Positions 48,563-57,464 of a stretch of 64,000 bases of DNA are shown piece by piece; the stretch's first letter is position 1, and each line of letters opens with the position of its first letter. The notes beneath the pieces were generated by a model. It saw only the letters and a program-made list of their open reading frames with translations. It had not been told where the DNA came from and searched no databases. The translations under genes and the position numbers were made by a program. Source of the stretch: an uncultured Planctomycetia bacterium (GTDB lineage: Bacteria; Omnitrophota; Gorgyraeia; S143-82); contig CAYXYY010000011.1 in NCBI GenBank assembly GCA_964469495.1, forward strand, positions 30,845 to 94,844, written 5' to 3'.

Positions 48563-49515
48563 TGGTTAACAACAATACAATGGATTTATTTGGAACACAG
48601 GTTGATTTCATCCAAACGGATATCACTGGTTTAAAAATAGAGGCAATAGTAAATCCTGCAAATACAAAGTTAATAATGGGAGGAGGGGTTGCAGGCGCAA
48701 TAAAGCGAAAAGGCGGGAAAGAAATAGAAAATGAGGCAATGCATTTTGCCCCGATTGAATTAGGGCAATCCATTTTGACGCAAGCGGGAAAATTGCCTGC
48801 TAATAGTGTGATTCATACAGCGACGATGCACATGGATTTTAAGACAGATTACGATATTATTCGTAAGTGCGCTCGGTCCGTGTTTGACCTGTGTTATGAG
48901 AAAGGCATAAAAGAAGTTGCCATTCCTGTTTTAGGGGCCGGCGTAGGCGGATTAGATATTGCCATGTCGTCTAAGATAACAGCGCAGGAATTGTTCAAGG
49001 CGGTTAGGGAAAATAGGGCACCTGAAAAAGCGGTTTTCGTGTTTTATGATGATGTGGCATTATCAAAGGGATTGTCTGCGCGCAATTATCTATTGCACTT
49101 GAAAAATAAAACGATGCAAGGGCCTTTTATAACAGTAGATGCAGTTGTCTTTGATAAGTTGAATAATCCGGAGAAAGTGGTGTTGATAAAGAGAAAAAAT
49201 CCGCCTTTTGGCTGGGCCCTTCCCGGCGGGTTTTTGGATTATGGTGAAACAGTTGAAGATGCGGTTTGCAGGGAGTTAAAGGAAGAGACAGGACTAGATT
49301 ATAATTACGTCAGGCAATTGGGTGTCTATTCAGATCCTAACAGAGATGAGCGGTTCCACACGATTACAGTGGCGTTTTACGGGATATCAGAAGGAAATCC
49401 CAAGGCAGATGATGATGCCCAAGATGCGGGATGGTTTTCTTTGAAGGATTTGCCTGAAAAGATAGCGTTTGACCACAAGCAGATAATCATAGATGCATTA
49501 GAAAGGATGGAATAG
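48562..49515 (+). CDS. Macro domain (ADP-ribose binding / deacylase) fused to a NUDIX hydrolase (ADP-ribose pyrophosphatase-like)
   Basis: The N-terminal ~180 aa (IVNPANTKLIMGGGVAGAIKRKGG...IPVLGAGVGG) is a macro domain. The C-terminus has the Nudix box GGFLDYGETVEDAVCRELKEETGL. Confidence 0.75.
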   Translation: MVNNNTMDLFGTQVDFIQTDITGLKIEAIVNPANTKLIMGGGVAGAIKRKGGKEIENEAMHFAPIELGQSILTQAGKLPANSVIHTATMHMDFKTDYDIIRKCARSVFDLCYEKGIKEVAIPVLGAGVGGLDIAMSSKITAQELFKAVRENRAPEKAVFVFYDDVALSKGLSARNYLLHLKNKTMQGPFITVDAVVFDKLNNPEKVVLIKRKNPPFGWALPGGFLDYGETVEDAVCRELKEETGLDYNYVRQLGVYSDPNRDERFHTITVAFYGISEGNPKADDDAQDAGWFSLKDLPEKIAFDHKQIIIDALERME

Positions 49516-49665
49516 TGTATTTTCTAAAGATATTTGTCCTTATATTGCTTTTTTCTGTGGTTTATACATGGGCATTTTTGGCAAACGAACAAGATAAAAA
49601 GAGAAAATCCTGCAACCTGTGCGGAAAAAACTGCCGCGGAAGTTGATTTTATGTGAAAATGAGAT
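49516..49665 (+). CDS. Candidate 49-aa small membrane protein with a C-terminal Cys cluster (VYFLKIFVLILLFSVVYTWAFLANEQDKKRKSCNLCGKNCRGS), with a GTG start
   Basis: A GTG start overlaps the upstream stop and an SD-like AAGGATGG lies 7 nt upstream. One TM helix is followed by a CxxCxxxC motif. It resembles FeoB-associated Cys-rich small membrane proteins in layout only. Confidence 0.3.
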
Positions 49666-49696
49666 ATAGACAGGATATTTATGGAGAGGGAGGGAG

Positions 49697-50719
49697 ATGG
49701 ATATATGGCCGAAAATTATTTTGACTATGGTGTTTTGGGTGGCGAATATTTTTGTTTTAGAAAGCTCGGATTTTTCTACAGGCAATGAGAAAGCCATATT
49801 CCTGCACCACTCAACGGGTGGGAATTTATACTCTCAAGGGCACGTTGCCAGTTATGTATCTAACTATAATTCACAGCATAATACTAACTATGTGGTAGAG
49901 GAAAGGGCGTATCCCACGGGCCCTTATCCATGGAATAATTATCCGTATGATTGGTGGAACCTTTGGGTGACGGAGAACGAGGACGGATCCGATAGAATCC
50001 CGCCCTGTGATTCTTCTAACAGGAATATTGAATGTTTGAGTTCATTAACGCAGAATTACGACACCATCATCTTCAAGCACTGTTTTCCCGGGGCAGATGT
50101 CTTGGCAGATACAGGCAGTCCGGACGTTAGTTCCAGCAGAAAGAGTCTTGAGAATTACAATGCCCAATATCGCGCCTTGCGCAGGGAGTTTGACAAGTAT
50201 CCGAACAACCTATTTATTGCATGGACGCTTGTTCCAAGGCATAGGTTAGCCACAAATGCGGAGAATGCTGCGAGGGCAAAACAATTTGTTGATTGGGTAA
50301 AGAACGAATGGCTTACTGAGGATGGGCAATCACACCCTAATATAAAGGTGTTTGATTTTTGGGGATATGCGGCTGAGTCCAATGAGAATCCAGAGCGCGG
50401 ACAGGTCAATACCCTTAAATACGAATACGAAAGAAGCCATTCCAGCAGTGATTCACATCCCAATACATTGGCAAACGAAACAATAGGGCCCATATTTGCG
50501 CAGGCCGTAATAGACTATATGAGGGATTTCTTTTCAGAAGAAAGCTATGAAGATGAGGATATCAATCAGGATGGGAAAGTTGATGTGAGCGACGTTCAGG
50601 TAGTGGTCAACGTTATTTTGGGACATGCATCTAATAGCCGCGCAGACGTTAATAGTGATGGGAGTACCAACATAGTGGACGTACAGGTTGTGGTCAATCA
50701 AGTTATCAGCGCTGGTTAA
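49697..50719 (+). CDS. Secreted protein with a C-terminal type-I dockerin-like double Ca-binding repeat
   Basis: An N-terminal hydrophobic signal is present. The C-terminus has DINQDGKVDVSDVQVVVNVILG and DVNSDGSTNIVDVQVVVNQVISAG, two dockerin/EF-hand-like repeats (DxNxDGxV/NxxD). The catalytic N-domain is unrecognised. Confidence 0.6.
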   Translation: MDIWPKIILTMVFWVANIFVLESSDFSTGNEKAIFLHHSTGGNLYSQGHVASYVSNYNSQHNTNYVVEERAYPTGPYPWNNYPYDWWNLWVTENEDGSDRIPPCDSSNRNIECLSSLTQNYDTIIFKHCFPGADVLADTGSPDVSSSRKSLENYNAQYRALRREFDKYPNNLFIAWTLVPRHRLATNAENAARAKQFVDWVKNEWLTEDGQSHPNIKVFDFWGYAAESNENPERGQVNTLKYEYERSHSSSDSHPNTLANETIGPIFAQAVIDYMRDFFSEESYEDEDINQDGKVDVSDVQVVVNVILGHASNSRADVNSDGSTNIVDVQVVVNQVISAG

Positions 50720-50748
50720 TGTGGTTTATGTATAATTATTAGAGGTTT

Positions 50749-51051
50749 ATGATGCGGTTAATAGGCGGCGCAAGATTGGATATGATGAATTTCACGTGGC
50801 CTTTTGCCCAGTTATATGTTGAAAAAGGCCTGTTAATTTTGACTGTTAATTTCTTGTTTTGGAGAAAAGAGTATTCTTTCCTTAAGGGAGACAATATCTT
50901 AATAGAACCATTTTATTCCTTACCAATAATTGGCCGCGGAATCAAGATACATCACCAAATTAAGGGTTATCCTCATGAGGTAATTTTTTGGGTTTTTGAT
51001 GATCCGGAAAAAGTCGCGGCCAAGATCAAGGAAATAATTCGCTCCGATTAA
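50749..51051 (+). CDS. Hypothetical 100-aa protein
   Basis: This is an ORF only, with no recognisable motif. Confidence 0.3.
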   Translation: MMRLIGGARLDMMNFTWPFAQLYVEKGLLILTVNFLFWRKEYSFLKGDNILIEPFYSLPIIGRGIKIHHQIKGYPHEVIFWVFDDPEKVAAKIKEIIRSD

Positions 51052-51091
51052 TAAATGTCCTAAAAAACTAAAGATTTGCATCTAATTTGCG

Positions 51092-51152
51092 ATATGCTTA
51101 ATATGAGTGTATAACATTGCCTTGCCTATAATGGTGCAGGGGTCTGTTTTGA
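51092..51152 (+). repeat. Copy 1 of a 61/62-bp direct repeat (ATATGCTTAATATGAGTGTATAACATTGCCTTGCCTATAATGGTGCAGGGGTCTGTTTTGA) containing a consensus TATAAT
   Basis: It is identical to 57986-58047 except for one extra G in copy 2. Both copies are in the same orientation. Confidence 0.9.
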
Positions 51153-51187
51153 TGTAATTATGTTCGCGCCTGATTCTTGATCACATA

Positions 51188-51218
51188 TTGACAAAATGTA
51201 CCAAATATTGTACATTTT
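51188..51218 (+). promoter_or_regulatory. Phd/RelE promoter-operator: TTGACA (51188-51193) overlapping a perfect 9-bp palindrome AAAATGTAC-N8-GTACATTTT (51193-51218)
   Basis: The inverted repeat was read directly. It lies immediately upstream of the SD and ATG of the antitoxin gene, typical of antitoxin autoregulation sites. Confidence 0.55.
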
Positions 51219-51232
51219 ATTTGGAGGTGAAA

Positions 51233-51487
51233 ATGATGGATTATATAATGCCGATCTCAGAAGTAAGGAGTAAACTGTCTGAAATAGTTAAGAAAATATC
51301 CCGTATGAGAAAACACTTGATTATAACTAAAAATGGAAAACCTGAGGCAGTTTTACTCTCTCCGGAAGAATTGGAAACATTGGAAATCAAAGCAGATCAG
51401 GACCTGCTTCGGTCTATATTGCGGGCACAAGAGGACATTCAAAAAGGGCGACTTTATACTCACGAAGATATATTTAAAGATGTATAG
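51233..51487 (+). CDS. Type II antitoxin, Phd/YefM family
   Basis: MMDYIMPISEVRSKLSEIVKKI...HLIITKNGKPEAVLLSPEELETLE is the Phd/YefM pattern. An SD (GGAGGTG) is present. The stop overlaps the toxin start by 8 nt. Confidence 0.8.
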   Translation: MMDYIMPISEVRSKLSEIVKKISRMRKHLIITKNGKPEAVLLSPEELETLEIKADQDLLRSILRAQEDIQKGRLYTHEDIFKDV

Positions 51488-51764
51488 CATTCTCTATACA
51501 AAAGAAGCGAAGACCGCCATAGAAAAGCTGTCTATTAAAAAGAAGCGGCAAATCAAGGATGCTATTGAACGTATAGCAAGTGCCCCTAATATTGGCAAGC
51601 ATCTTACACATGAATTAAAAGGATTAATATCTTACCGTTCCGGTACCTATCGGATAATCTATCGTATAGATCATAAAAAAATTACCATTATAATATTGGC
51701 TATTGGCCATAGAAAAAATATTTATAAAGAAATACCCCGAAAATTTAATCGGAAGGACATCTGA
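51480..51764 (+). CDS. Type II toxin, RelE/ParE family
   Basis: MYSILYTKEAKTAIEKLS...GTYRIIYRIDHKKITIIILAIGHRKNIY is the RelE/ParE signature. It overlaps the antitoxin gene. Confidence 0.8.
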   Translation: MYSILYTKEAKTAIEKLSIKKKRQIKDAIERIASAPNIGKHLTHELKGLISYRSGTYRIIYRIDHKKITIIILAIGHRKNIYKEIPRKFNRKDI

Positions 51765-51862
51765 TAAGACAATGTATCTAACCTTTCCTTTTGCGCGACA
51801 AAAGGTCTGTCCAATCAATAAATGCTATGATGTTGTAGGATTTGTCCGTGAGAATACAAATC

Positions 51863-54800
51863 TTATTTTTTATTTTCAGGGGCCGTGTTGTTAGATACGT
51901 TTTCTTGAGAGATAATTGAATTATAGCTTTCAAGAAGAAGTCCTTGGGCCAATTTAAATTCAAGAATACTGATATTACAATCCGTAAGCGCAGAGTAATA
52001 AAGATAAGTGGATTTTCTCAAAGCGGATTCCGCATCCAGAACGTCATTAATTACTCCTTTGCCAACTTTGTATTTTAGTTTTTCAAGCCTTAACGTTTCT
52101 TCCGCCTCTTTTCGAGATGCCTCGGCAAGCCGCAATCTTTTCTTGGAAGAGGCAATATCCGCTAATGCTTTATTGACGTCTTTATAGATACTAAGTACGA
52201 TCTTTGACTCTTCCGCTTTTTGGGAATCATACTCTCCTTTTGCTTTTAAAATGTCTCCTTTTTTCATTCCGCTGTCAAAGATAAGGAAGCTGGCTTTTAC
52301 TCCGATCCAATATTCGCTTTGCCATCTATTGTCTCCGGGGAATTTAGAATCTCCGGAAGTTCCTGAGTATTCCCCCGCACCGGCAACAGCTCTAATTTCA
52401 GGGAAGTATGACCTTTTATATGATTTTAACCAAAAATAGGAAGATTTGAGCAAATGTCTAAAATTTTCCAAATCTTCTCTATATGCTAATGCTTTATTAA
52501 AAGCCTTTTGAATGGAAATTCCATCTAAATTTATATCAAATAAATTTAAAGTGTCATTTACATATAATTGACCTTGATATCCCATCTCCTCAGCCAAAAG
52601 CCCTAAAAGGTAAACTCTTTTACTCTCTAATTCTGCTATTTCATACTCGATTTCAGATAGGCGCACATTTATTTTTAACAAATCAATTTTAGCCGCTTTG
52701 CCTTTTTTAGAATACAACTCGGTTCTCCTCTGCAATTCTGAGATGCTTTTATGCAGTGTCTTTAAAGACTCCAGCAGTTTATCTAAAGAGATTATATTCA
52801 AGTATATATTTGAAACTGTAAAAACCACCACTTCTCTTCTTCTTTCCAAATTTTTTATAGATGATAGATATTTTTCTTTTGCTGATTTAAAGGCATAGAA
52901 GCTCTTCCCTAAGTCTGTAAGCAATAAAGATGCTTTCACTTGTCCTGAAATCAAGTTATTGTCAAACCTTTGATTATCTCCTGAAATGCCGGGTGCTACT
53001 GCATGTTTATTCTGGTAATTTGTATAAGTACAGTTTAGGCTTATTTGAGGGAGAAGGCCTGCTCTTATTTTGATATTTTCGCCTTTTGCTTTTTCTGTAT
53101 TGGCGGTTGATTTTTGAATATCAGGGCTGTTCTCAAGGGCATATTCAATAGCTGATTTTAAAGAAAATGTTTTTAGGCTAGTTGTTAAATCGTCGTTTAT
53201 TTTATTGTTTTCGTCTGCAAATAAATGTCCGCAACAAAACATAGAATATAGCCCCAGCGTTAATAGAATCACCGCAATTTTTGTTTTTTTAAATGAAAAT
53301 TTATTTTTTAAATCGTCGATGGAAGCATAAATAACAGGGATTATTATCATCGTTAGAAATGTTCCTAATATAAGGCCTGCTACTGCGACAATGCCTAACG
53401 GGCTTAAACGTTCTAATCCCACAGCCATTTCAAATACTAGGGGCGTAAGGCCTATAACAGTAGATGTGGCGGTCATAAGAATAGGCCTTGTCCTTATCTT
53501 GACTGATTGGACAATTGCATCCTCTTTGGATAAGCCATTTTTGCGGGCATGGATGATAAAATCTAAAAGTAAAATAGAATTATTCACAATTGTTCCCGAA
53601 AGAAGGATTATTCCCATAAGAGCAGGCATGCACATTGGTTTATCAAATATCAAAAGCCCCCATAGTGCCCCAATTGTTGCAAGAGGGATAGCCAGCATTA
53701 TAACTATGGGATGAGTAAAAGACTTATACATAGGCAAAATAACCACGTAAAGTAAAATTATCCCCAATATGAGCGCTTTTTTTAAACGATTTTTAGCATC
53801 CAACATATTCGCAGGGGTTCCGGACATCCTTATATTATAATCGCGCGGCAAAATCATACCTTTCTTTTTTAATTTTGTTCCGGCTGCCTTTGCGGCCTGA
53901 GCAATTGTATAGACATTGTTAACACCCGTTATATCAATTGTATTTTCTAAATCTTCGCGGGTTATAAACGGCTGAATATATGACTGCTTTATTTTGACCA
54001 GACTTCTTAGGGCGGCATCTCCATAGCGGGTAGGGATATATATGGAATCGAGTTTGGAAGGAAGATTTAAGTCTGCTTCTTTATACTCGATTCTTATAGG
54101 GATATCCAAAAAATCCTCCAGTCTCATAAAAGAGGCCAAAGCGCCTTTGGCAGCAAATTTGATATATTGGGAAACCTTTTCTGTATCTACTCCATAATAT
54201 TTGCAAAGAGAGGCATCGGGTTGAACCTCTATCTCAGGTTTGTCCATATACCAGCTTCTTCTTATGTCCACTAATCCTTTTGTCCCTTTTAGATTAGAAA
54301 GAATTTTATCTGCCATAACATTTAAGACTTTTGTGTTTTTGCCCATTAATATCAAGTCAAAAGGCGCTTTCGTCGTTGAAATAGGGGTTGCTCCGTACTC
54401 TACAACAGTAAACGACCTTATGCCTTCTATATTACGCAGTTTATTGCGCCATTCTTTCTCTATATCCCAGATAGTTTTTTTTCTTTTATCCCTTGTAACT
54501 AGATTAGCGGTTATAGATACTGTTTGAGTTGTTGTCCCGCCGCCCCCAAAACTTATTTCTCCGGGTTCAGAGCCAACGGTCGAAGATAAAGAAACAAATC
54601 CCGGTGTTTCCTTTATGAAGTTTTCAACCTTATTGAGAATGTTCTCTACTTTTTTTATGTTATAACTAGAGGGTATATCTAAAGTTATTTTTACAATTCC
54701 GGTATCCATAGGAGGCATAAGTTCGCCTACTAAAAGAGGGATAACCACTTTAATAGTAAAAACAAATGCAATAAAAACAAAAGAGAGGGTTTTGCCTTTA

Positions 54801-56392
54801 TGCCTCAATGCGATCTTTAAAATTGAGACATAAAAGTCAGATAATTTCTTTACCCAAATATCCATCCTGCTTACTAATTGCTCAACAAGGTTTTTCTTTC
54901 TCTCTTTTCTAGTCAAAACATAAGAGGAAATTAGCGGGACTATTGTCAGAGAGGCAATCAAAGACGCAAAAATAGTCGAACCTATCATAATAGACAACGG
55001 CCTTAGCACTTTTTGAGGATACCCGCCGACAAACATAACCGGTATTAAAACAATTACAGTGGTTAGTGTTCCGGCGATGTTCGCTAAAGCTACTTCGTTT
55101 GTTCCCAGCAAAGCTGCCTCATAAGGAGAAATAGTCTTATCCGTCTGAAAGCGGCGGTAGATATTCTCCAAGACAACAATAGATGCATCTACAACCATCC
55201 CCACAGCAATCATAAGCCCTGATAGGGTGACCATATTCATTGTATAATGGCTAAATTTTAAGACAATTAAGCTGAATAAAAAAGAGACGGGAATACTTAC
55301 AGAAATTATTGCGGCAGTCCTTTTATCAGCTAAGAACACAAATATAACCAAGATAGTCAAAATTATAGCTTGGATTAGAGAACCCCTCATGCCTTTAAGA
55401 TTAATATCTATTATGGGTTCTTGGTCATTGGTAATCTCAAACTTTATATCGGGATATTCTTTTTTAAATCTGGGCAGATATCTTTTAACTGCTTTTATAG
55501 TATCTAAAGTATGCCCATCTTCTGGCCTTAAAATATTAATAGCGATAGCCCTTTGGCCATTGCCGTGATAGAGGCTTCTTTGCTCTTTTATGCCCTGTGT
55601 TACATCGGCTACATCTTTAAGAAGGATATATCCCTGTTTCCTTTTTTTAAGGGGAAGATTTTTTATATGGTTTAAATTTTTAAATTCAGAAGTTGTACGT
55701 ATTAAAAATTCCTTTTCATCAGTATAAATATATCCGCCCGGAGCTGTTACATTTCTTCCTGCAACAGATGAGATTACGTCCATCAGAGTTAATCTATAAC
55801 CTTTGAGTTTATCTCTATCAATATGTATTTTAACTTCGGGCAAATATCCCCCAAAAACATCCACATCTCCAACTTCAGGAATTCTAAGGAGTTTATCTTT
55901 AATGTCATTTTCTGCTAAAAGCCGCACACTAGATAAAGTTTTTGAAGAGCCTTTTTTAGGCGAAAGAGCTAAAGTCATTGTTGCATGTGTTGCGTCAGTA
56001 ATTTTATAGATCTGAGGCGGCAGGATATCATGGGGGAGTTTTGTTTTTATTCTATCTAAAACGTTTGTTACATCTATGGCAGCTGTATCTATATTTTTAG
56101 AATAGTAGAACTCTGCCGTAACTGCCGAAACCTCATCTCTGGAAATTGATTTTACTTTTTTGATGCCCGAGATTGTATTTACTTCTTTTTCTATGATCTC
56201 TGTGATTTTATCCGATATATCTTTAGCTGAAGCGCCTGGTTCAATTGTTAGTATCAGCACTTGAGGAGGCGATGTGTTGGGAAACAAATCCACTGGAGTT
56301 TTAAAAAAGGCGATAATTCCTAAAACAAGGACTACAAGGCTGAAAGCCATTACAATATACGGATTTTTTAAAGAGATTTCAGTTAGGTTCAT
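51863..56392 (-). CDS. RND (HAE1/AcrB-like) efflux permease fused in frame, via an extra hydrophobic segment, to a TolC-like outer-membrane factor (OMF) domain. It is a single 1509-aa ORF.
   Basis: Residues 1 to about 1040 show the typical 12-TM RND layout with two large periplasmic loops. The RND part is followed by ...IDDLKNKFSFKKTKIAVILLTLGLYSMFCCGHLFADEN.., a 13th hydrophobic segment, and then SLKSAIEYALENSPDIQ..., the canonical TolC/OEP start. Two OEP repeats follow, up to ...LAQGLL. I translated the junction myself and found no stop codon. Confidence 0.85.
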   Translation of the reverse strand: MNLTEISLKNPYIVMAFSLVVLVLGIIAFFKTPVDLFPNTSPPQVLILTIEPGASAKDISDKITEIIEKEVNTISGIKKVKSISRDEVSAVTAEFYYSKNIDTAAIDVTNVLDRIKTKLPHDILPPQIYKITDATHATMTLALSPKKGSSKTLSSVRLLAENDIKDKLLRIPEVGDVDVFGGYLPEVKIHIDRDKLKGYRLTLMDVISSVAGRNVTAPGGYIYTDEKEFLIRTTSEFKNLNHIKNLPLKKRKQGYILLKDVADVTQGIKEQRSLYHGNGQRAIAINILRPEDGHTLDTIKAVKRYLPRFKKEYPDIKFEITNDQEPIIDINLKGMRGSLIQAIILTILVIFVFLADKRTAAIISVSIPVSFLFSLIVLKFSHYTMNMVTLSGLMIAVGMVVDASIVVLENIYRRFQTDKTISPYEAALLGTNEVALANIAGTLTTVIVLIPVMFVGGYPQKVLRPLSIMIGSTIFASLIASLTIVPLISSYVLTRKERKKNLVEQLVSRMDIWVKKLSDFYVSILKIALRHKGKTLSFVFIAFVFTIKVVIPLLVGELMPPMDTGIVKITLDIPSSYNIKKVENILNKVENFIKETPGFVSLSSTVGSEPGEISFGGGGTTTQTVSITANLVTRDKRKKTIWDIEKEWRNKLRNIEGIRSFTVVEYGATPISTTKAPFDLILMGKNTKVLNVMADKILSNLKGTKGLVDIRRSWYMDKPEIEVQPDASLCKYYGVDTEKVSQYIKFAAKGALASFMRLEDFLDIPIRIEYKEADLNLPSKLDSIYIPTRYGDAALRSLVKIKQSYIQPFITREDLENTIDITGVNNVYTIAQAAKAAGTKLKKKGMILPRDYNIRMSGTPANMLDAKNRLKKALILGIILLYVVILPMYKSFTHPIVIMLAIPLATIGALWGLLIFDKPMCMPALMGIILLSGTIVNNSILLLDFIIHARKNGLSKEDAIVQSVKIRTRPILMTATSTVIGLTPLVFEMAVGLERLSPLGIVAVAGLILGTFLTMIIIPVIYASIDDLKNKFSFKKTKIAVILLTLGLYSMFCCGHLFADENNKINDDLTTSLKTFSLKSAIEYALENSPDIQKSTANTEKAKGENIKIRAGLLPQISLNCTYTNYQNKHAVAPGISGDNQRFDNNLISGQVKASLLLTDLGKSFYAFKSAKEKYLSSIKNLERRREVVVFTVSNIYLNIISLDKLLESLKTLHKSISELQRRTELYSKKGKAAKIDLLKINVRLSEIEYEIAELESKRVYLLGLLAEEMGYQGQLYVNDTLNLFDINLDGISIQKAFNKALAYREDLENFRHLLKSSYFWLKSYKRSYFPEIRAVAGAGEYSGTSGDSKFPGDNRWQSEYWIGVKASFLIFDSGMKKGDILKAKGEYDSQKAEESKIVLSIYKDVNKALADIASSKKRLRLAEASRKEAEETLRLEKLKYKVGKGVINDVLDAESALRKSTYLYYSALTDCNISILEFKLAQGLLLESYNSIISQENVSNNTAPENKK

Positions 56393-57464
56393 TTTTATTC
56401 ATAACCTTAACAGGTTCTCCTTCTGTCAATTTAACCCAGGATAGATATGGGTTTTTTACTACAGCAACACCAGGAGACAAATTCTTGCATTCAACAAACA
56501 TATCGGACCTTATGCCTAAAATAACAGGGTATTTTTTTAGTTTGCCGTTTTGAACTATGAATATAAACGGCTTGAGCCCAGATTCATTTACTACTGCGCT
56601 TTTGGGAATAGCGACAACACCCTTTTTTTGTTCTGTCACAACCTTAACCGGCACAAACGCTCCGGTATAAAGTCCTTCCTTATTGTCCAGATATGCCTCA
56701 ACACGTAAAAGTTTACCCTCAGAAATAGTGGGAAAAACATTTGTTATCTTTGCCTTCGTAAAACTGTTTTTATCTTTATAGAGAATAGGCATATCTTTTT
56801 TTATAAACTGCACATCTTCCTGCGGTACATCAAAAACAAGTTTTAGCCGGCTTCTGTCTTCAATGATGAATAAAATCTTTCCTGGAGCCGCTAAATCCCC
56901 GGCATCCACAGTTCTTTTAGAAACAATACCATCATAAGGAGATTTTATTTCCGTGTAATTTAAATTTGCTTGCCAGAATTTAATGTTTTCTTTTGCATTT
57001 TCGAGTCTTGATTTTGCTTGAGCAAAAGCATTTTTTGTTCTATCCATTTCTTCTTCAGATATGGCGCCTTGCTTAAATAAATATTCGTCTCTGTTATTTT
57101 CCTTTTGCCAGTAATTAAAATTCTCTTCGGCTGCAGAGAGAACTTGTTTGGCTGAATTTAGTTTGGCTAAAATATCTCTATCGTCTAGTTTTGCCAATAA
57201 ATCCCCCTTTTTTACAATGGAGCCTTCGTCTACAAGTATTTTTTCAATAACCGCACTAACTCTGGTTGAAACTTTTGTTTCATTTATCGGAGCAATTTTT
57301 GCTAAATATCCCCTGAATTTTTCAATATCTTTTTTCTGGGAATAGAAAACTGAAACCAATACTGGTTTCTTGCCAAAGACAGGTGCGTGTGATAGCTCAA
57401 TTTTTTTCTTTAAAATAAAAAATGCGGCTAGAATTATCAATATGAGTATTACTAATTTTTTCAT
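56379..57464 (-). CDS. RND efflux membrane fusion protein (periplasmic adaptor, HlyD/AcrA family)
   Basis: It has an N-terminal TM/signal (MKKLVILILIILAAFFIL), coiled-coil hairpin, lipoyl and beta-barrel segments. It overlaps the RND gene by 14 nt. The start at 57464 forms an ATGA overlap with the padR stop. Confidence 0.8.
   Translation of the reverse strand: MKKLVILILIILAAFFILKKKIELSHAPVFGKKPVLVSVFYSQKKDIEKFRGYLAKIAPINETKVSTRVSAVIEKILVDEGSIVKKGDLLAKLDDRDILAKLNSAKQVLSAAEENFNYWQKENNRDEYLFKQGAISEEEMDRTKNAFAQAKSRLENAKENIKFWQANLNYTEIKSPYDGIVSKRTVDAGDLAAPGKILFIIEDRSRLKLVFDVPQEDVQFIKKDMPILYKDKNSFTKAKITNVFPTISEGKLLRVEAYLDNKEGLYTGAFVPVKVVTEQKKGVVAIPKSAVVNESGLKPFIFIVQNGKLKKYPVILGIRSDMFVECKNLSPGVAVVKNPYLSWVKLTEGEPVKVMNKNEPN

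Noticed and set aside
53180-53300. Possibility that the RND and OMF are two genes separated by an ordinary stop/start
   Set aside because: My manual translation of the reverse strand across the junction shows a continuous frame. There is no ATG/GTG with an SD at the OMF N-terminus. Restoring two genes would need at least 3 substitutions. It is kept as a fusion but flagged for read-level verification.
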